A stretch of DNA of 64,000 nucleotides from an uncultured virus (IMG/VR IMGVR_UViG_3300029258_003428) (IMGVR_UViG_3300029258_003428); one strand, 5' to 3'. Positions 39,933 to 53,516 are shown, counted from the first letter of the stretch. The notes: generated from the sequence alone by a model not told the origin. Program-made: numbers and translations.

Positions 39933-42900
39933 AATGGAATACGATCTTCACATAACGATCAAGGGTGTACCCAAGTCCGGCAAGAGCCGTGCGGGTGTTT
40001 TGATTGAGGCGGCCTTACGCAATCAAGGCGCAAGCGTGGTCAACGATGATCCTGATGCTCCGCCCGAGTTCCGGAATCTGAGCATGGAGAACATTCGGAC
40101 CAAGATCACCTACGAACAGTTGAGGCGCAACGATGGCTAGGCGCGTGCGGGAAACGAGCAAGAAGGCGTTTTTGGAAGAGTTGAATTCGGGAAGGATCCC
40201 AAGGAAGCAGCAGGACGTTTACGAGTATCTTTGGGACTTCGGTCCATTGACTGGGGCGGAATGTGATACGTACATGCCATACCCGAGCGCACATAAACGT
40301 CTGCCCGAACTTCGTAGAAGCGGGAGAATCGTGGAGCTGCCAGAGAAGCGAATATGTCGTATCACAGGCAAGGAAGTGATCCAGTGGGACGTGAAGTAGT
40401 GGACCCTGCTGAGCTGAAGATCGAACAGATCTACATCGTGGCAGGGCGGGGTCCGATGAAGCTGATTGAGATCTCTGAGAAGATGGGAGGCTCGTTCAAG
40501 ATGCAGACACCCGGCGGGAGGACTTATTGGGCGAGCGCCGAGCAGATCTATCGGGAGGCGGACAGGAACTATCTGGAGACGCACGCAGACCAGTTGCAGG
40601 CGGCGTTTTCGGGCAAAGTGCACGAGTCGGTGAGGACCATCAAGCGCTGGGCGGAATCGGCGTGAGCTTCAGCGAGCGACAACTCAACATCTTGAAGCTG
40701 CTGTTGGAGTGCAACTCGGCCAACTCGCAGATGATCAAATCGCACCTGAAGCTGGCTGCGACACGCGAGGTACTTCCCAGCATCGATAAGCTGGTGAAGG
40801 ACGGGTACGTGATTAGGTCCAAGGAGCCGATGATGGTGCAGCAGTTCGATCGGATGCGGGAGATCAAGATGAACGTGTACCGCATCACCATTGATGGTGT
40901 GAAGGCATTCACGGAGGAGGCTATGAGGCGGGGCTTGGATGGATACGTGGGAGAGGAGCAACAATGACGTTGATTGGTATGCACGTCGAACGGAGGACGC
41001 TCGATGGTTAGACACAAGGACGATCAAAAGAACTTATCTCAAGGAGATCAGAAATTGAAAGAGAAGTGCACCGGCCTGACAGCACGCTGGTGTCCGATCC
41101 ACGGCGACTGCACGTGCCCCGAACGCCCAGATGGTGATTGGGACGGGAGCGATGATTGCCCGCTACATGGGCTGGATAGCGATCATGGGGAGAAGATCGA
41201 GTGTCCGTGGCCACATCACGTCACATCTCCGATCTGCGTGTACGACATGGACTCGTACCAGAAGTACAGGGACGGGACGTACAAGGTCCCTGAGCGGTGT
41301 ATCTGCGGTGAGAAGCTGACGTACGAGAAGCCCGTATGCGTGTGTTTGGTAGAGCGGGGTCAGATGACGGGCGACATGTTGATGACGGTAGAGTGCCCCG
41401 TGAAGTTCATCAACTGGACGAAGGAGAATGAAGGATGAAGATCGTAGTGCTGGATGTGAGGGCTACGCATACCAACAACCCAGACTGTCCCATGCGGCTG
41501 GCTCCTTTGCCGGACGGCCAGGGATGGATATGCGTGGACTGCGGCTTTGAGATCTTGCAGCGGAGCATTGAGGTATCGGAGGGTAGGAACTTGATCCGTG
41601 AGATGCTGGCCCAGCCGGACAACCACACGCATGGCCTGGAGAAGACGGAAGAGGAGCTGAAGACCTACGACATTCCAGAGCGGCTGCTGCGGAAGATCGG
41701 CGCAGCAGCGGACCTCTCGATGGGCGCGTTCGTGCAGCCAGACCTCTGCAAGTTGTGTAACGAGCAGGCAGCCAGTGATGAAGATCAACTGGGCGCTGTG
41801 AAGCTCATGGAGGAGCGTCCCTGGTGGGAGAGCAAGGACGTGGTGGGAGAGCTGAAGAGGCGTGGCTGGTTCATCAGCTGTGAGGGATGGGGGATGTCGA
41901 AGCAGCGTGGAGCAGCCATCTGGCACATCTCCGCCAAGGACATCATTGAGTGCTACGAGGTGCCCCAGAAGGGGGCCGATCGGCTGGAGAAGGAAGCGGG
42001 GTTGAGATGACCAAGGTAGTTGCATCGTTCGATACGGCCTCGGGCGAGCTGGAGCTGTTCATCAGCTCGCAGAAGGCCCCGAAGCACGGCTGGATGACCA
42101 GAGAGACTGTTCCAAAGCTCACCTGGAAGCTGAACGGGATACAGATCACTGAGCGGGACGCAGCATACCTCTTGTTGATGCGTGCGGAGGGGACGGATGG
42201 GGGCGGGGGCCAGAAGATGGCCAAGGAGCTATTGAGATGATCGTCAAGGGACCAACAAAGGACCTCACGCACGCCAATGTGATCCTCCATGAGGCGCGGG
42301 TCTATAGCTGCAGCACCAGCAAGAGTAGAGACGGGTCGTGGGCCAGGCTGGTGTTGCGCAGGGGCGACGGGAAGCTGATCTCCATCCAGATGGACCCAGA
42401 GGAGCTGGCTGGTCTGTCCCTGGAGCTGCAGGACATGGAACACGAACTGATGAGGGGCTGATCGTGGCGCACGGCAATCTCAGGGTCTACTTCGCGCGCT
42501 TGTTTACCCGTGACTGCGGGCAGCGGACGTTTCGCAAGATCAAGGCGCGGAGTAAGCCCAGGGCCGAGCATCTGGCCAGGCAGTATTCCAACGATCATGG
42601 CTACAAGTTCGATCGGATATTCACGAGAAAGGGCTTCAAGGAGGAGTGGCCGGCTGGCCATGCGGAGATGTGGTGGGAGGAACCGCTCAGGTCATTGATC
42701 GACAAGGGCCAGGAGCTGGACTCACTGGAGCAGCTGAAAGAAGACGAGGCGTTCTTCGATTAAGAGGACGCAAAGAGATTTGAAGAGTTCTATGAAACCA
42801 ACAAGTAGAAAGGAGAGTAGGTGAAGACGATCAACTACAGCGAGCTGACTCCTGAGCTGATTGAGTCCCTGGACATCACCGTTTGGGGAGAGGAGGACAC

Positions 42901-45900
42901 GGAGAGGCTGCACTGTTCGGAGATCGACGAAGCGATCGAATACGCTCTGGATTGGATGCGCCCCACACCATTTGCGGAGGTCGATTCGATCACAGTGGTG
43001 GGCTACAAGCGTCAGGAGCTTGGAGAGAACGAGCCTGATCCAGAAGACCTGCTCGATCAGATCTTGGATGGGCTGGATGACGAGTACGGAGATCCTGACG
43101 GAAGCCCCGGCGGCCTGGACGGTCCCACCGATGCCATGATGGCGGCGGCGAAGGAGCTGTGTGATGTGGTGCGGAAAGACTACACCCCGTGGACGTGTGA
43201 GGGGGTCCTCAGGGTCGAGCTGGATGGCGGGGCTGTGATGAGCTGGGTCAAGGAGAACCGCCCGTACTGGCTGGAGGATCGGAAGTGAGCGTGGAGGATA
43301 GAATTTGGGCAGCCAGTGGCATACCGTACAGGGAGACCTCTGTGCGCTCCTGGGCGAGCGATAGCAAGATGAGCAAGTCCAGAGCCAAGGTGACCGAGGT
43401 GCAGTTGAGCTTCCTCAGCTCCCAGCAGAGCGTGGACGACGAGTGGCACTTCGCTCCCTATCTCAGGCTCTACGACCCCAGGACCGACAAGCACTTGCAG
43501 GTGCGGTTGACGGAGGAGAATGCCGCAGAGCTGTGGATGCACCTGGAGGGCTTGCGGACAGCTGAGAAGACGAGGCTGCCTTTCAAGAACGCGCTGAATA
43601 GAGTGACGGAATGATGTTCGATAGACAGATCAACTATGAAGCTGAAGCGATCAAGCTCCAGCATATGTCCTGTTGGAACATGCTGAAGGCGCTTTGGCTC
43701 ACGCTATCCCGGCCGGTGTTCGATCGTTTGTTCCCGCCCGAGATGTTGAAGATGGTGGAAAAGACATTGAACGAGACAGACCCAAGCGATGGGAAGGTGC
43801 TGATGAAGTTGGTGGAAAAGCTGGCCGAGCCACACGCTGGTGAGAAGATCTTGATGCATCCACGGACGTGGTCGGATTTCATCGTAGATCAACGACGGCT
43901 GGAAATCGCGGATGAGATGGTGGACGTTACAGAGAAGCAGGTAGCTGAGGTCAAGAAGGCCCTGGATGCGGAAAACGCGGAGCAGGACCTGAAGTTGATC
44001 GCTTCAAATATGATCAATCCACAACGGATGGGCATCTCTGAAGAAGACTACGTGATGTTCGGGCCGGGGATGGGTCAAGGGCGTGCTGGGACAGAGAAGG
44101 AAGAACGCTGGACAACGATCATGCATGCGGATGGAACTGTGCGCGTATCTCTGCTTGATTACGACGAACAGGCCATGAAATTGGGCGTTATGTTGGCGAC
44201 CAAGGTCTGCGCTCCAGAGGACGTGGAGGAGACGAAGGAAGAGATCAGAGGGATGGTGAGGAAGGCCAAGCACTTGGAGGGAGCCGATGAATATGACGTA
44301 TGAGGTGGTGAAGGAGATCCACCTTGAGCGTAACAGGCAGATCAACGAGAAGGGCTGGACCACCAAGCACGACGATCAGCACGTCACTGGAGAACTGGCT
44401 GTAGCGGCCTCGGTCTATGCGGCGCAGGAGCAGATCTTTGTCAAGCGAAGCTCGTTGAATGGGGTTTCCTTCAACGATCCATGGCCGTGGCATGAGCAGG
44501 GGCGCTCGGAGTACGTGAAGAAGGATAAGTCTCGTCGGAGGCAACTTGTCATTGCCGCTGCTCTGCTCGTAGCAGAGATCGAGCGGTTGGACAGGAGGGA
44601 GGAACGACGTGGGTAATACCGCACATCTGATCGGCTGGGTCCGCCAGCACTACGACAGGTTGGAGATCCAAGCGGTGGACGTCTACAGCGCGTTTCCCGT
44701 TGCCCAGGACTGCGCGGCGATGCAGGTGGAGTTGTTACGGCTCCCGGGCAGCGACTACGAAAACGCAGTCTTGCACGTCAAGGCGTTCGTGGAGCGCAGG
44801 GTCGCAGAGGGGGATGGCATCTGGTGCCTGATCTTGGAGAAGTGGAAGAATGCGGCCTCGAGCCGTTGGCTGTGGGCGGAGACGAAGGACGAGATCGCCC
44901 AGAAGAAGGTCAACAAGCTGGTGAGGCTGATCGACAAGGAGCTGGAGGGCGTGGAGGGGTTCGAGAAGGTCGGTGAGGCCGTCGGCGAGCTGCTCAAGTC
45001 TGCTCTGCGTGGTGACTTCGACCGCACCGACAGCAAGATCTTGAAGTCCGGTTCGACGTGCTTGTTCAGCGAGCCGGAGTTCGTGGGCAGTTTTCGTTCT
45101 AGTCCGAAGGACGTAGAGGTTTTGGAAGCTGACCCGAAGATAGAGGAGGTGGGCTGGACCATTCATGAGATTCCTGGCTATCCGATCAAGCGGCTGACAG
45201 ATGCTGTCCGGAAGCAGCTCAAGATCTTGGGCGAGTCGGACCAAGATCAGGAGGATATCGATAAGGCGAAGAAAGAGTACCTGAGCGCTCTGGAACCGAT
45301 CACGGGCGATATTGATCAAGGCATGGAGGTTCTCTGCGTGACTTTCTTCGGCTGGGCCACCGGCAAAGTGACCTGCTACCACAGTGCCGCGTACGTGGAC
45401 ACGGGTGGCAGCCTGTGGAATCTCGAGCGCGGTGTGGTCTTCGAGGGCCAGGATCCGTGCTGGTACACCACCGGCGGATTCAACAAGAAGATCCTCGATC
45501 AGTTTGATCGCTTCGACACGAAGGAGAACAAGGATGCCGGCTAACGTCATCACGATCAACGGGAGCAAGACCCTGGAGTGGGTCGTCCCGGACAGCAAGA
45601 TGGACGTCCTCCTGGCCCTGCTGGATGGGATCGGCGAGGCCAGGACGGACGAGGCAAGGGAGGCAGCACAGAAGGCACGGGAGAACCTGGGGACGAAGGT
45701 CTCGATGAAGCTCTTCGAGGGTATCACGGCCAAGGGCATCGGTGGACGTTCGTGGCGTGTCGCCGGCCTGGGCGCGGATGTGACAGAGGGAGGCACTCGG
45801 TGACTAAGGTGACTTGCAGAGCTTGCGGTGGCAAAGGATTAGACCCCACCCAGGTGCCTGGAGGGCTGACGAGGTGCTGCCCGAGGTGTGGCGGGGCTGG

Positions 45901-48900
45901 TAGTTTCTCCGGAGCGGAGAAGATCAGGGAAGCAGTGGATCAAGAGATGGTGGAAGAACTAAAGGAGGAAGAGGACGAAGATGGATCGGAGTAGGTATGA
46001 CATCTACCTGGATGGCGTGGTTGCCGGCGGGCTGTTTGTCTTGCTTGTGGCCTTGGCCCGGGAGCACAGTGACGACTTGACGGCCGTCCTGGTGTACTTG
46101 GCCGCGGCCATGCTGCTCTGCGCCGGCGTGTGGTGGAAAGCGGAAATGTTGAAGAGAGCGGACGATGCCTAGTAGAGGAGAGATCATCAGCAGTAACGGC
46201 CTTCCGGCTAGCGAGGATGAGCTGAAGGATGCTGGACGCTTTGCCTGGGTGGCCGAGAGGAACGGGCGGGTCTGGACCACGAAAGAGGCGTTCGAAAGGT
46301 GGGAGGCGTTGTCAGAGGACTACGACGCTGGTTGGATGGCGATGCCGAATGACGACAGGGGGCTGTGGGAGATGTGGCGCAGGTTTGAGACTCGCATGAT
46401 GGGGCCGGACAAAGAGTACATGACCGGGAAGAAGGTGCGGAGATCTTCCACTCCATAGCGGAGAAGGCGAACGAGGAGATCAAGGAATTCCTTCAGCGAG
46501 TAGCTGAAGCAGATTTCCTCGGGCGTGTCGGAGCACATGACATGCTCGAGGACCTACAGGAGGTAAACGACGTGAAGCACTTGGGACAACACACCTACCC
46601 AGCTGAGGAGTTGGGTGCCCACAAGGCATCGCCGGAGGAGAGCAAGCGGATGGAGAAGGAGCGGGAGAAGGAGCGGAAGGAGTTGGAGAAAGAGGTCCGC
46701 GAGATGTGCCAGGGCAAGACGAGGGCGAAGCTCATCGATCACCTCGTCAATAACATTCACGCTTTTAAAGAGCTGGACAAAATAAAGCAGGCCTTGTGGG
46801 ATGGTCGCAACAAGCTGCAGCTGAAGAACATCCAGCAGCAGAACGACCTGGCTGGCAAGGACAAGGAGATCAGTTTCTGGAAGAAGCAGGCGGAGCTCTA
46901 CTTCGAGGCGCTGCAGCGCCTGCAGGAGCAGGCATGAACCAGCGAGTCTTCATGGATGGGGTCGAGCTGGAGGTTGGCGAGGACGTCATCCCTGGCTCGA
47001 TCTTCGTCGAGAAGATCTCCCCGGAGGAGGCTGAGAAGATGAGGAAGGAGGTCAAGCGGCGAGCTGCGGGGGTTCGTGCGGAGGTCAAGGGTCTGACGAA
47101 GGCCCAGCTGATCGAGGAGTTGGTCGAGGCGAAAGAGGCGGCACACTGCCACGTCTACTCGCTGGTCAAGGTGGAGGCGCGTCGCAAGAAAGAGGTGGAC
47201 GAGAAGATGAAGGAGGCCAGCAACTACAAGCGGCTTTGGGAGGAGGCACAGGAGCAATTCAGGCGGGAGCAGATACACTCGACGCACTACTTCAAGGCAT
47301 TGACGGCGCTGCGGGTCTCGCTGGCCATGATGCGGGAGGACCATCTATGAGAGTGAAGTTCGAGATCAAAGAAGATTACAGCCGCCGGGTTGATGGCGGG
47401 GCGTGCTGGATATGGGTGATAGTCGAGCAGGACAAGCCGTGCGTCCTGGGCGAGTCCTACCGTCATTGGGCCAGCGCGGAGCTGGCCAAGGATGACGCCA
47501 TCAAGGTCCGCCAGGCTATTCGGTCACCGGGCCGAGATGTCCCGGTGGTCGTGCGGGAGGATCACACATGAAGTTTGTGGTCTGGCATACCGGAACGGGT
47601 TGGCGGTGGCATCTTGCGCAGGGCAAACGTGTTTATGCGCGCAGCGTGACTTCCTTCAACAGCTCGGAGGAGGCGGAGAAAGAGGCGGAAAAGATATGTT
47701 TGGAGCTGGACATCGACACGAGGGTCGAGGTGGAGACATGAGCGGCGATACTTGGCCAGAGCAGGAGGTGGTGAGCAAGTGGTTGCAGAGGAGGCAAATC
47801 TTTTGCAAACCGGAAGAGGCGATGGAATTGATCGAGGCTGTGACAAAGTCTCGCCTCGAGGTGCAGGAAGCGCGGGACACATTCGAGAGGGGAGTTGCCG
47901 ATCGAAGGGTTTTGCTCGGCAAGATTTTCTCCTATTTGGAAGAGCTTCGTGGGGACCTTGCGCGGGCTCAGGGATTCATCGAGGGGATGCGGGACAGAAT
48001 GGGTCCGTGGATCGACCGATTGAACAACGAGGGCTTGCTTGGTCCTGCAATCTCTCTGGACGCTGGTCAGGAAGCTGCGAGACGGACGGAGGAAATAGAG
48101 GAGCTCAAGCGGGAAGTGATCAAGTGGAAGAACATCGCCCAGCCCTTCCTGGAGGCGGCGGCGGACACAGGGGCAGGTACATGAGTTCTCACATCTTTAA
48201 TACATCGAAGAGGGAATTCGGGAAGCAGCTTATCGGAGATCGCTCATATGTGGACATGGCCCGGGAGCAGCTCTCGAAGTTCTCGATGGGGTACATGGGG
48301 TACTCAACAGCTACGGCAGCTCTTGCGCTGCTTGCTAGGAAGGGGCTGATTTCCGAGGAGGAGCTAAATGGAGTGGTAGAGCTTGCTACGAGCGTATCGG
48401 AGCAGTACCTGGACCTGGCGGTGGCGGAGAGTGCGGAGCAGGATAAAGCAAACGACTTCATCACCGAGGAGCACCGGAAAGAGGCTGAGGCCGTTGGCGC
48501 GGCGGCACAGAAGAAGCTCAACGCGTTGGTTGAGGAGTTCGTGGAGAAAGGCAAGGAGAAGAGGAAGTACGTGAAGCCTACAGTGAAGGACGTGGGCGAG
48601 CCTGTGAACAGCTGTGTGTGCGGCATGGCGGAGTCAAGGGACACTAACGACCCGCAGCGTCCTCCCCGCTTTCAGGAGCGCGCCTCGGCTTTCTTCGACG
48701 GGCTGGTCGCGAAGAGCCGACCACATCCCGTCTTTTGGGAGCCGATCGACACGGAGACGCTGGCCAACATGCAGGACCGGGCGTTCCAGGAGGGTCAGCT
48801 CGAGGTCCGGCAGGACATAGTTGAGAGGTTCAACATCGACTGGACGGACAGGGCGCACAGGCTATGGCGGTCTAACGACCTCACCGTGCAGAGCTTCGCC

Positions 48901-50759
48901 GCGGCGTTGAAGATTGCATACGAGGAGGGGTTCGATGCGGGGCGCAAGCAGGCCATCAACGATCAGACCAGAGCGCTGGATGCGTCTAGGTACAGCCCCA
49001 ACGAGTCTGGGACGGACGAGATTAAGACGCAGGACCCCATCTCGGATACAGCGGAGGATAATAAATGCCCGTAGGAATTACCGCACTGCGGATGAAGGTC
49101 TTGATCCAGATCGGCAAGCTCGTTGAAGATCAGAAGCTGCATGGATCGTTTCCCGTCTCGGTTGAGGCATATGAGGTTGCCGCGCAGTTGGGCCTGATGA
49201 GCAAGAAGAACGGCTACTCGATCGTGATGAAGACGATCGAGGCGCTACGGGAGGGCAGGCTGGTGACGATCTTCGGCCTCGATGGGGATGCGAGCAGGGC
49301 GTACGAGGACGAGCCGCGCGTTGCCCTGACCAAGAAGGGTGCGGAGATCTACACGCAGATGCGGCGGGCGTTCAGGGGTGAGGACGTGGATCAATCCAAG
49401 ATGCGGAGCAGCATGGCCAGGATATTGGGGAACGATACGGTTTAATGGACGGTGAAGTTACACGGTGGCACCCGGAGGGGTGCCGCTGCGTTATCTGCGA
49501 GAACCGACGCATGCTAGGCGTCAGGGAGAGAATCATGCCGGCTGTAGCGATTAGTTGGAGCGGGAAGCACTGCAGCGATGGGTGTCCGTTCTACCACGCG
49601 CACATCCTTTCTGGAGGCGGGGTCAGGCTTGTCAATCCTATGTGTCATCTCGACGGACACAAGGATACTGTACTGAATGAGGTGCTGGACATTCGCCTTG
49701 AGGTCATTGGATCTGGACAGGACGCTTACACGCCTCGCGCGAAGAACTGTCCATTCAACGACGTTCACGGTGTGCACGTGGAGATCTACCATCAAGGAGA
49801 TGAAGAGTGAGCAGTATCATAATTGAGTTGCGTTGCAGGCGTGTTCCAAAAGAGCACGTCTACAACGGGGAGATCGCTGTCCTCGTGAAGGATGAAGCCC
49901 AACGGCTGCTGCTACCGTTCGGACGGAGAGATCTAGGTGATGTAGGAGTCGTTCTGCACCACCTGGTACGGGCCGTGGCTGGCAACGTGGAGGAGTTTGC
50001 TGTGCGGATGGTACAAAGCGCTCCTGGGACGAAGCACAAAGCCGTTCCGATGGACCTGACCCCAGCGCAGGTTCAGAAGATCTACGAGTCGGAGGAGAGC
50101 GCGCGGCTGTTCTTTGCTCCGCGGTTCATTACGCGGAAGGTATCCTCACTGGAAGATGTACAGAAGGTGATCAAAGACGAGGCGGAGCGTGCTAGTGACG
50201 AGTGACATGCCTCAGGCTCTGTTGGATTTGTTTTCTCAACCCCTGACGGAAGAGAGGAGGGAGCAGATCCGGGAGTACTGCGCCGAGTATGTCGTTGAGC
50301 GGTTGCGTGAGGTGGCGTGTGCTAATAAGATCATTCCTCCGATGAAGATGCCGCCCAGGCCGATGGTACGCGATCTTCCGTCGTTCCAGGAACTGGAGGA
50401 GGAGCCGGAGGGGCTCGAGCTGGAGCCGTTTTACAAACAATTCATGGTGCCCAAGCACCTCACCAAAGGAGACGACAATGCCGAATAGAACATCGAAGTA
50501 CCCGCCCAAGACCGTGGTCAATGTAGCCCAGTGCGAGATCTTCGCCGTGACCTTCGTGGATGGTGAGAGCATCCCCGACACCCGCCTGGTCGTGAAGCAC
50601 GGGGACAGCTACCACTTCTTGCACGACGAGAAGACGGACCACTCCCTGCGTCCGCCTGCCGGGTGGCTGATCAAGGCTCTCCAGGAGAAGCTGGAGGCGT
50701 CCGTGCTGGATGGAGAGGAGGACAAGATCGAGGAGCTGCCGATGGAGGCGACGGTATGA
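39933..50759 (+). other. dense array of about 30 small hypothetical genes, including wHTH proteins (40133-40399, about 40662-40967, 49065-49445) and Cys-rich proteins
   Basis: Contiguous ORFs with ATGA/GTGA overlaps and purine-rich RBSs; typical phage early/accessory region. Confidence 0.6.
44287..44616 (+). CDS. conserved phage protein (ERxRQ...HDD...WPW family)
   Basis: ERNRQINEKGWTTKHDDQH...GELAVAA...WPW...RRQLVIAAALLVAEIERLDR. Confidence 0.7.
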   Translation: MNMTYEVVKEIHLERNRQINEKGWTTKHDDQHVTGELAVAASVYAAQEQIFVKRSSLNGVSFNDPWPWHEQGRSEYVKKDKSRRRQLVIAAALLVAEIERLDRREERRG

Positions 50760-51136
50760 CCGGCATCCCCAAGGGTTTGGAGCTTCCCCCTGTCCGACCG
50801 CAGAACGATCGCGTGCTCATTTATCTCGAGCCAGAGAGCAATGTGGTCGGATCGGACGTGAAGCTCTACAAGCCGGACGACGCGAACGCGCACGTCTTTC
50901 GTTTGGGGCGTGTGGTTCGCGTCGGCCCGGGGAAGCGAGACCCAGACAGCGGAGAGCGAATCCCGTGCATGGTCAAGCCCGGAGACAGGGTGCTGTTCAT
51001 CAAGTTCGTGGCTACTCACACCAAGACGGCGGAGAGCATCCAGTGTACGGTGGGCAAAGACTTCGCGTTGATCAAGGACTACGACGCCCTGGCCGTAGTG
51101 CCGGAGGATTTCGATCTGAGGATGGTACGGCAGTGA
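50756..51136 (+). CDS. groES: GroES/Cpn10-family co-chaperonin
   Basis: VRPQNDRVLI, GRVVRVGPGK, VKPGDRVLF. Confidence 0.8.
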   Translation: MTGIPKGLELPPVRPQNDRVLIYLEPESNVVGSDVKLYKPDDANAHVFRLGRVVRVGPGKRDPDSGERIPCMVKPGDRVLFIKFVATHTKTAESIQCTVGKDFALIKDYDALAVVPEDFDLRMVRQ

Positions 51137-52014
51137 CAGCTACCTGGGAGAAGGTGGACGTCTACATGTGCTCGCTGTGCGAGTCACCCATCTTCATGCC
51201 GAAGGGTCAGAAGAAACTGCCAGATAAGTGCGAGCGTTGCGGTGCGGAGATGACGGAGAAGCCCAAGACGGGACGGGGAAAGCCGATGGAGCTTGCCGGC
51301 GTCACCTATCCGCGCAAGAAGGACGTGGAGGCGCGGGCGAAGCAGATCTTACGGGATACGCCGGTTCACGCATGTCTCGAAGGGGACGATCGTGCCTTCA
51401 TGGTGGCCTTGCTCAACCACCACTACCTAGTCAAGGAGAAGATCGGTAGTGGTGTGAAGGACATCTTTGTTGGCAAGCAGCCCGGCCGGGATGCCAAGAG
51501 GTTCCTGCTGCGTCGGACGAACGGCGTGATCGTGGACTTCAGCTACCGCAAGTGTCTGCGGCCCCCAACGCGCAGGGAGCACTTCGCGGAGGCGTGCCGG
51601 GCGGCGGTGCAGGGGCAGGTGGACGCGTTCAAGACCCACGCCTTCCGCCCCCTGCCGGTCAAGGGAGATCCTACCGCGGATGTCTTCACCTTTGACCCCA
51701 ACCGCTTTCGTCTGGAGCCCACGAGTAAGGTTCCGTGTGCGTTGACGGGGGAGCTGGTAAGCTGGAAGGAGTGCCACGTAGATCATGCCCCGCCGAACGA
51801 GTTCGCGAAGATTGTGGACGACTACATCAAAGAGCACCAGATCGACATCAACCAGATCCAACTCCTGGGGGCTGAAGACGGCTTCTCGCGCCGTTGCTTC
51901 CAGTACGAGGAGGAGCGGCGTTTCGCTGCGTTCCACAAGGAGCGCGCCGTGTTGCAGATAGTTGCCATCGCCCCTCACATGGAGCGATCGTATGCAAGCA
52001 GGAGGAAGGGATGA
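51133..52014 (+). CDS. Zn-ribbon + DUF3223 (DCL-like) + HNH-like protein
   Basis: CSLC..CERC; LLNHH...EKIGSGV...FLLRRTNG...DFSYRKC; CHVDH. Confidence 0.65.
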   Translation: MTATWEKVDVYMCSLCESPIFMPKGQKKLPDKCERCGAEMTEKPKTGRGKPMELAGVTYPRKKDVEARAKQILRDTPVHACLEGDDRAFMVALLNHHYLVKEKIGSGVKDIFVGKQPGRDAKRFLLRRTNGVIVDFSYRKCLRPPTRREHFAEACRAAVQGQVDAFKTHAFRPLPVKGDPTADVFTFDPNRFRLEPTSKVPCALTGELVSWKECHVDHAPPNEFAKIVDDYIKEHQIDINQIQLLGAEDGFSRRCFQYEEERRFAAFHKERAVLQIVAIAPHMERSYASRRKG

Positions 52015-52277
52015 GGTTCATCCAGGAAGACAAACACAACCCGAAGATCTTGGAGGTCGTCTGGATGTGGCTCCCCACGTTCATCGGCCAGAACACGGCG
52101 CTCCTGGGAGAGCTGGACCACGCGCTCGCTGCGAAGTTCCCTCCGCCCTTCGATGTAACTGAGGATAAGCTGGACGAGATCCATGAGTTTGTGGTGGACT
52201 ACATCTGTGGGAAGCACCCCATCTTCACGGGGCTGCGGGAGTACCTCCAGGCCGTGCGCGGCGTGACCACAAAGTAG
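52011..52277 (+). CDS. hypothetical protein
   Basis: ATGA overlap, AGGAGG RBS. Confidence 0.55.
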   Translation: MRFIQEDKHNPKILEVVWMWLPTFIGQNTALLGELDHALAAKFPPPFDVTEDKLDEIHEFVVDYICGKHPIFTGLREYLQAVRGVTTK

Positions 52278-52285
52278 GAGAAATC

Positions 52286-53290
52286 ATGGGTTTCAAGTTT
52301 GATCAAGAGCGTGTGGTATTTGAGGGTACGAACTTCTACGTTTACGATGTTCATGATCTTCTCCCGAAGCACCGCAACTTTCCTCGTGGGGCGTACGACG
52401 TCAAGAAGCCCAACGGGAAGCCAGCGGTGGTGGGGAGTTACAAGGACGTACACAACCGCGACATTGCCAAGTTCTACTTCCACCAATCGGCCGGAAACGT
52501 TACTCGATCTGGTCTCGATGGCCTGATGGACGAGGCCCACTTCTTCGTGAGAGATCCAGCATGGGATGACAAGGGTCGCTGGACCGGCAGGGGACGCGGG
52601 TGGCCCGGCTTCGCCTACACCTACTACCTCCCGTATCGCCCGTTGGTCTACAACGGCAAATACATCGTCTTCATGTGCAACAAGCACGAGACAGTGAGCT
52701 GGCACTCGGGCGACAACTACCACAGCGAGGCGTGTGTGCTGCAGGGTTATTTCTACAGCCGCCACATCAAGACCTTCAAGCCCAAGAAGGGCCAGGACGG
52801 ACATCCCTCGAAAGATCAGATGCACACCCTTTTAACATTCACCGATGAGTACGTCATCGAGCATCTGGGAATCGACGAGAAACAAGTGGTGGGGCACTAC
52901 ATGTCTCCGCACCCCAAGCCAACCTGCCCGGGTGACGATGTGGAATACTTCCTGGACGGCGTGCAGGAGGGCATCATCTACTCAGGGACGCCTGACGACG
53001 TGGAGGAGAAGGTGATTCAGAAGGTGCCGGGGGCGCTTAAGCTGGATACCTGGGCGGAGCGTCAGGCGGCGTTGGTGTGGCTCGGGCACGACCTCGGCAA
53101 CTACGGAGAGCTTGGTAACGGCGTGGACGGAGACCCGGGGAATCTGACCAGAATGGCCATTGAGACGCAGGAAGAGCTGATGATGTTGAAGGTGGACGGA
53201 TATTGGGACGACGTCTTTGACTTTCAGATCAAGATGTTGTTGATGGCGCTCAGCTGTACGCAAGACGATCTGGAGATGTTGATTCCATGA
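52286..53290 (+). CDS. endolysin: Zn-dependent N-acetylmuramoyl-L-alanine amidase with C-terminal peptidoglycan-binding domain
   Basis: FHQSAG, SWHSG-N, VGHY...KPTCPG; C-terminal VDGDPGNLTRMAI...LKVDG. Confidence 0.75.
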   Translation: MGFKFDQERVVFEGTNFYVYDVHDLLPKHRNFPRGAYDVKKPNGKPAVVGSYKDVHNRDIAKFYFHQSAGNVTRSGLDGLMDEAHFFVRDPAWDDKGRWTGRGRGWPGFAYTYYLPYRPLVYNGKYIVFMCNKHETVSWHSGDNYHSEACVLQGYFYSRHIKTFKPKKGQDGHPSKDQMHTLLTFTDEYVIEHLGIDEKQVVGHYMSPHPKPTCPGDDVEYFLDGVQEGIIYSGTPDDVEEKVIQKVPGALKLDTWAERQAALVWLGHDLGNYGELGNGVDGDPGNLTRMAIETQEELMMLKVDGYWDDVFDFQIKMLLMALSCTQDDLEMLIP

Positions 53291-53516
53291 TCGAGAAGGG
53301 ACAGACCATTACGTGTCCAGCTTGCAAGAAGGAAGTATACCGAGCACGTGAGGACATCTCCTATGGGGCGAATATGGCCAGCAAGTATTTGGAATACATG
53401 GACGGCGCGCCGGTCAAGAAGTACACAAAAATGGCGTGTCCAAACTGCTGGATCATATATCGTTCTATCTCGACAAAGAACAGGGAGTTGATTCTCGTAG
53501 GGCAAATGGAGTAGTG

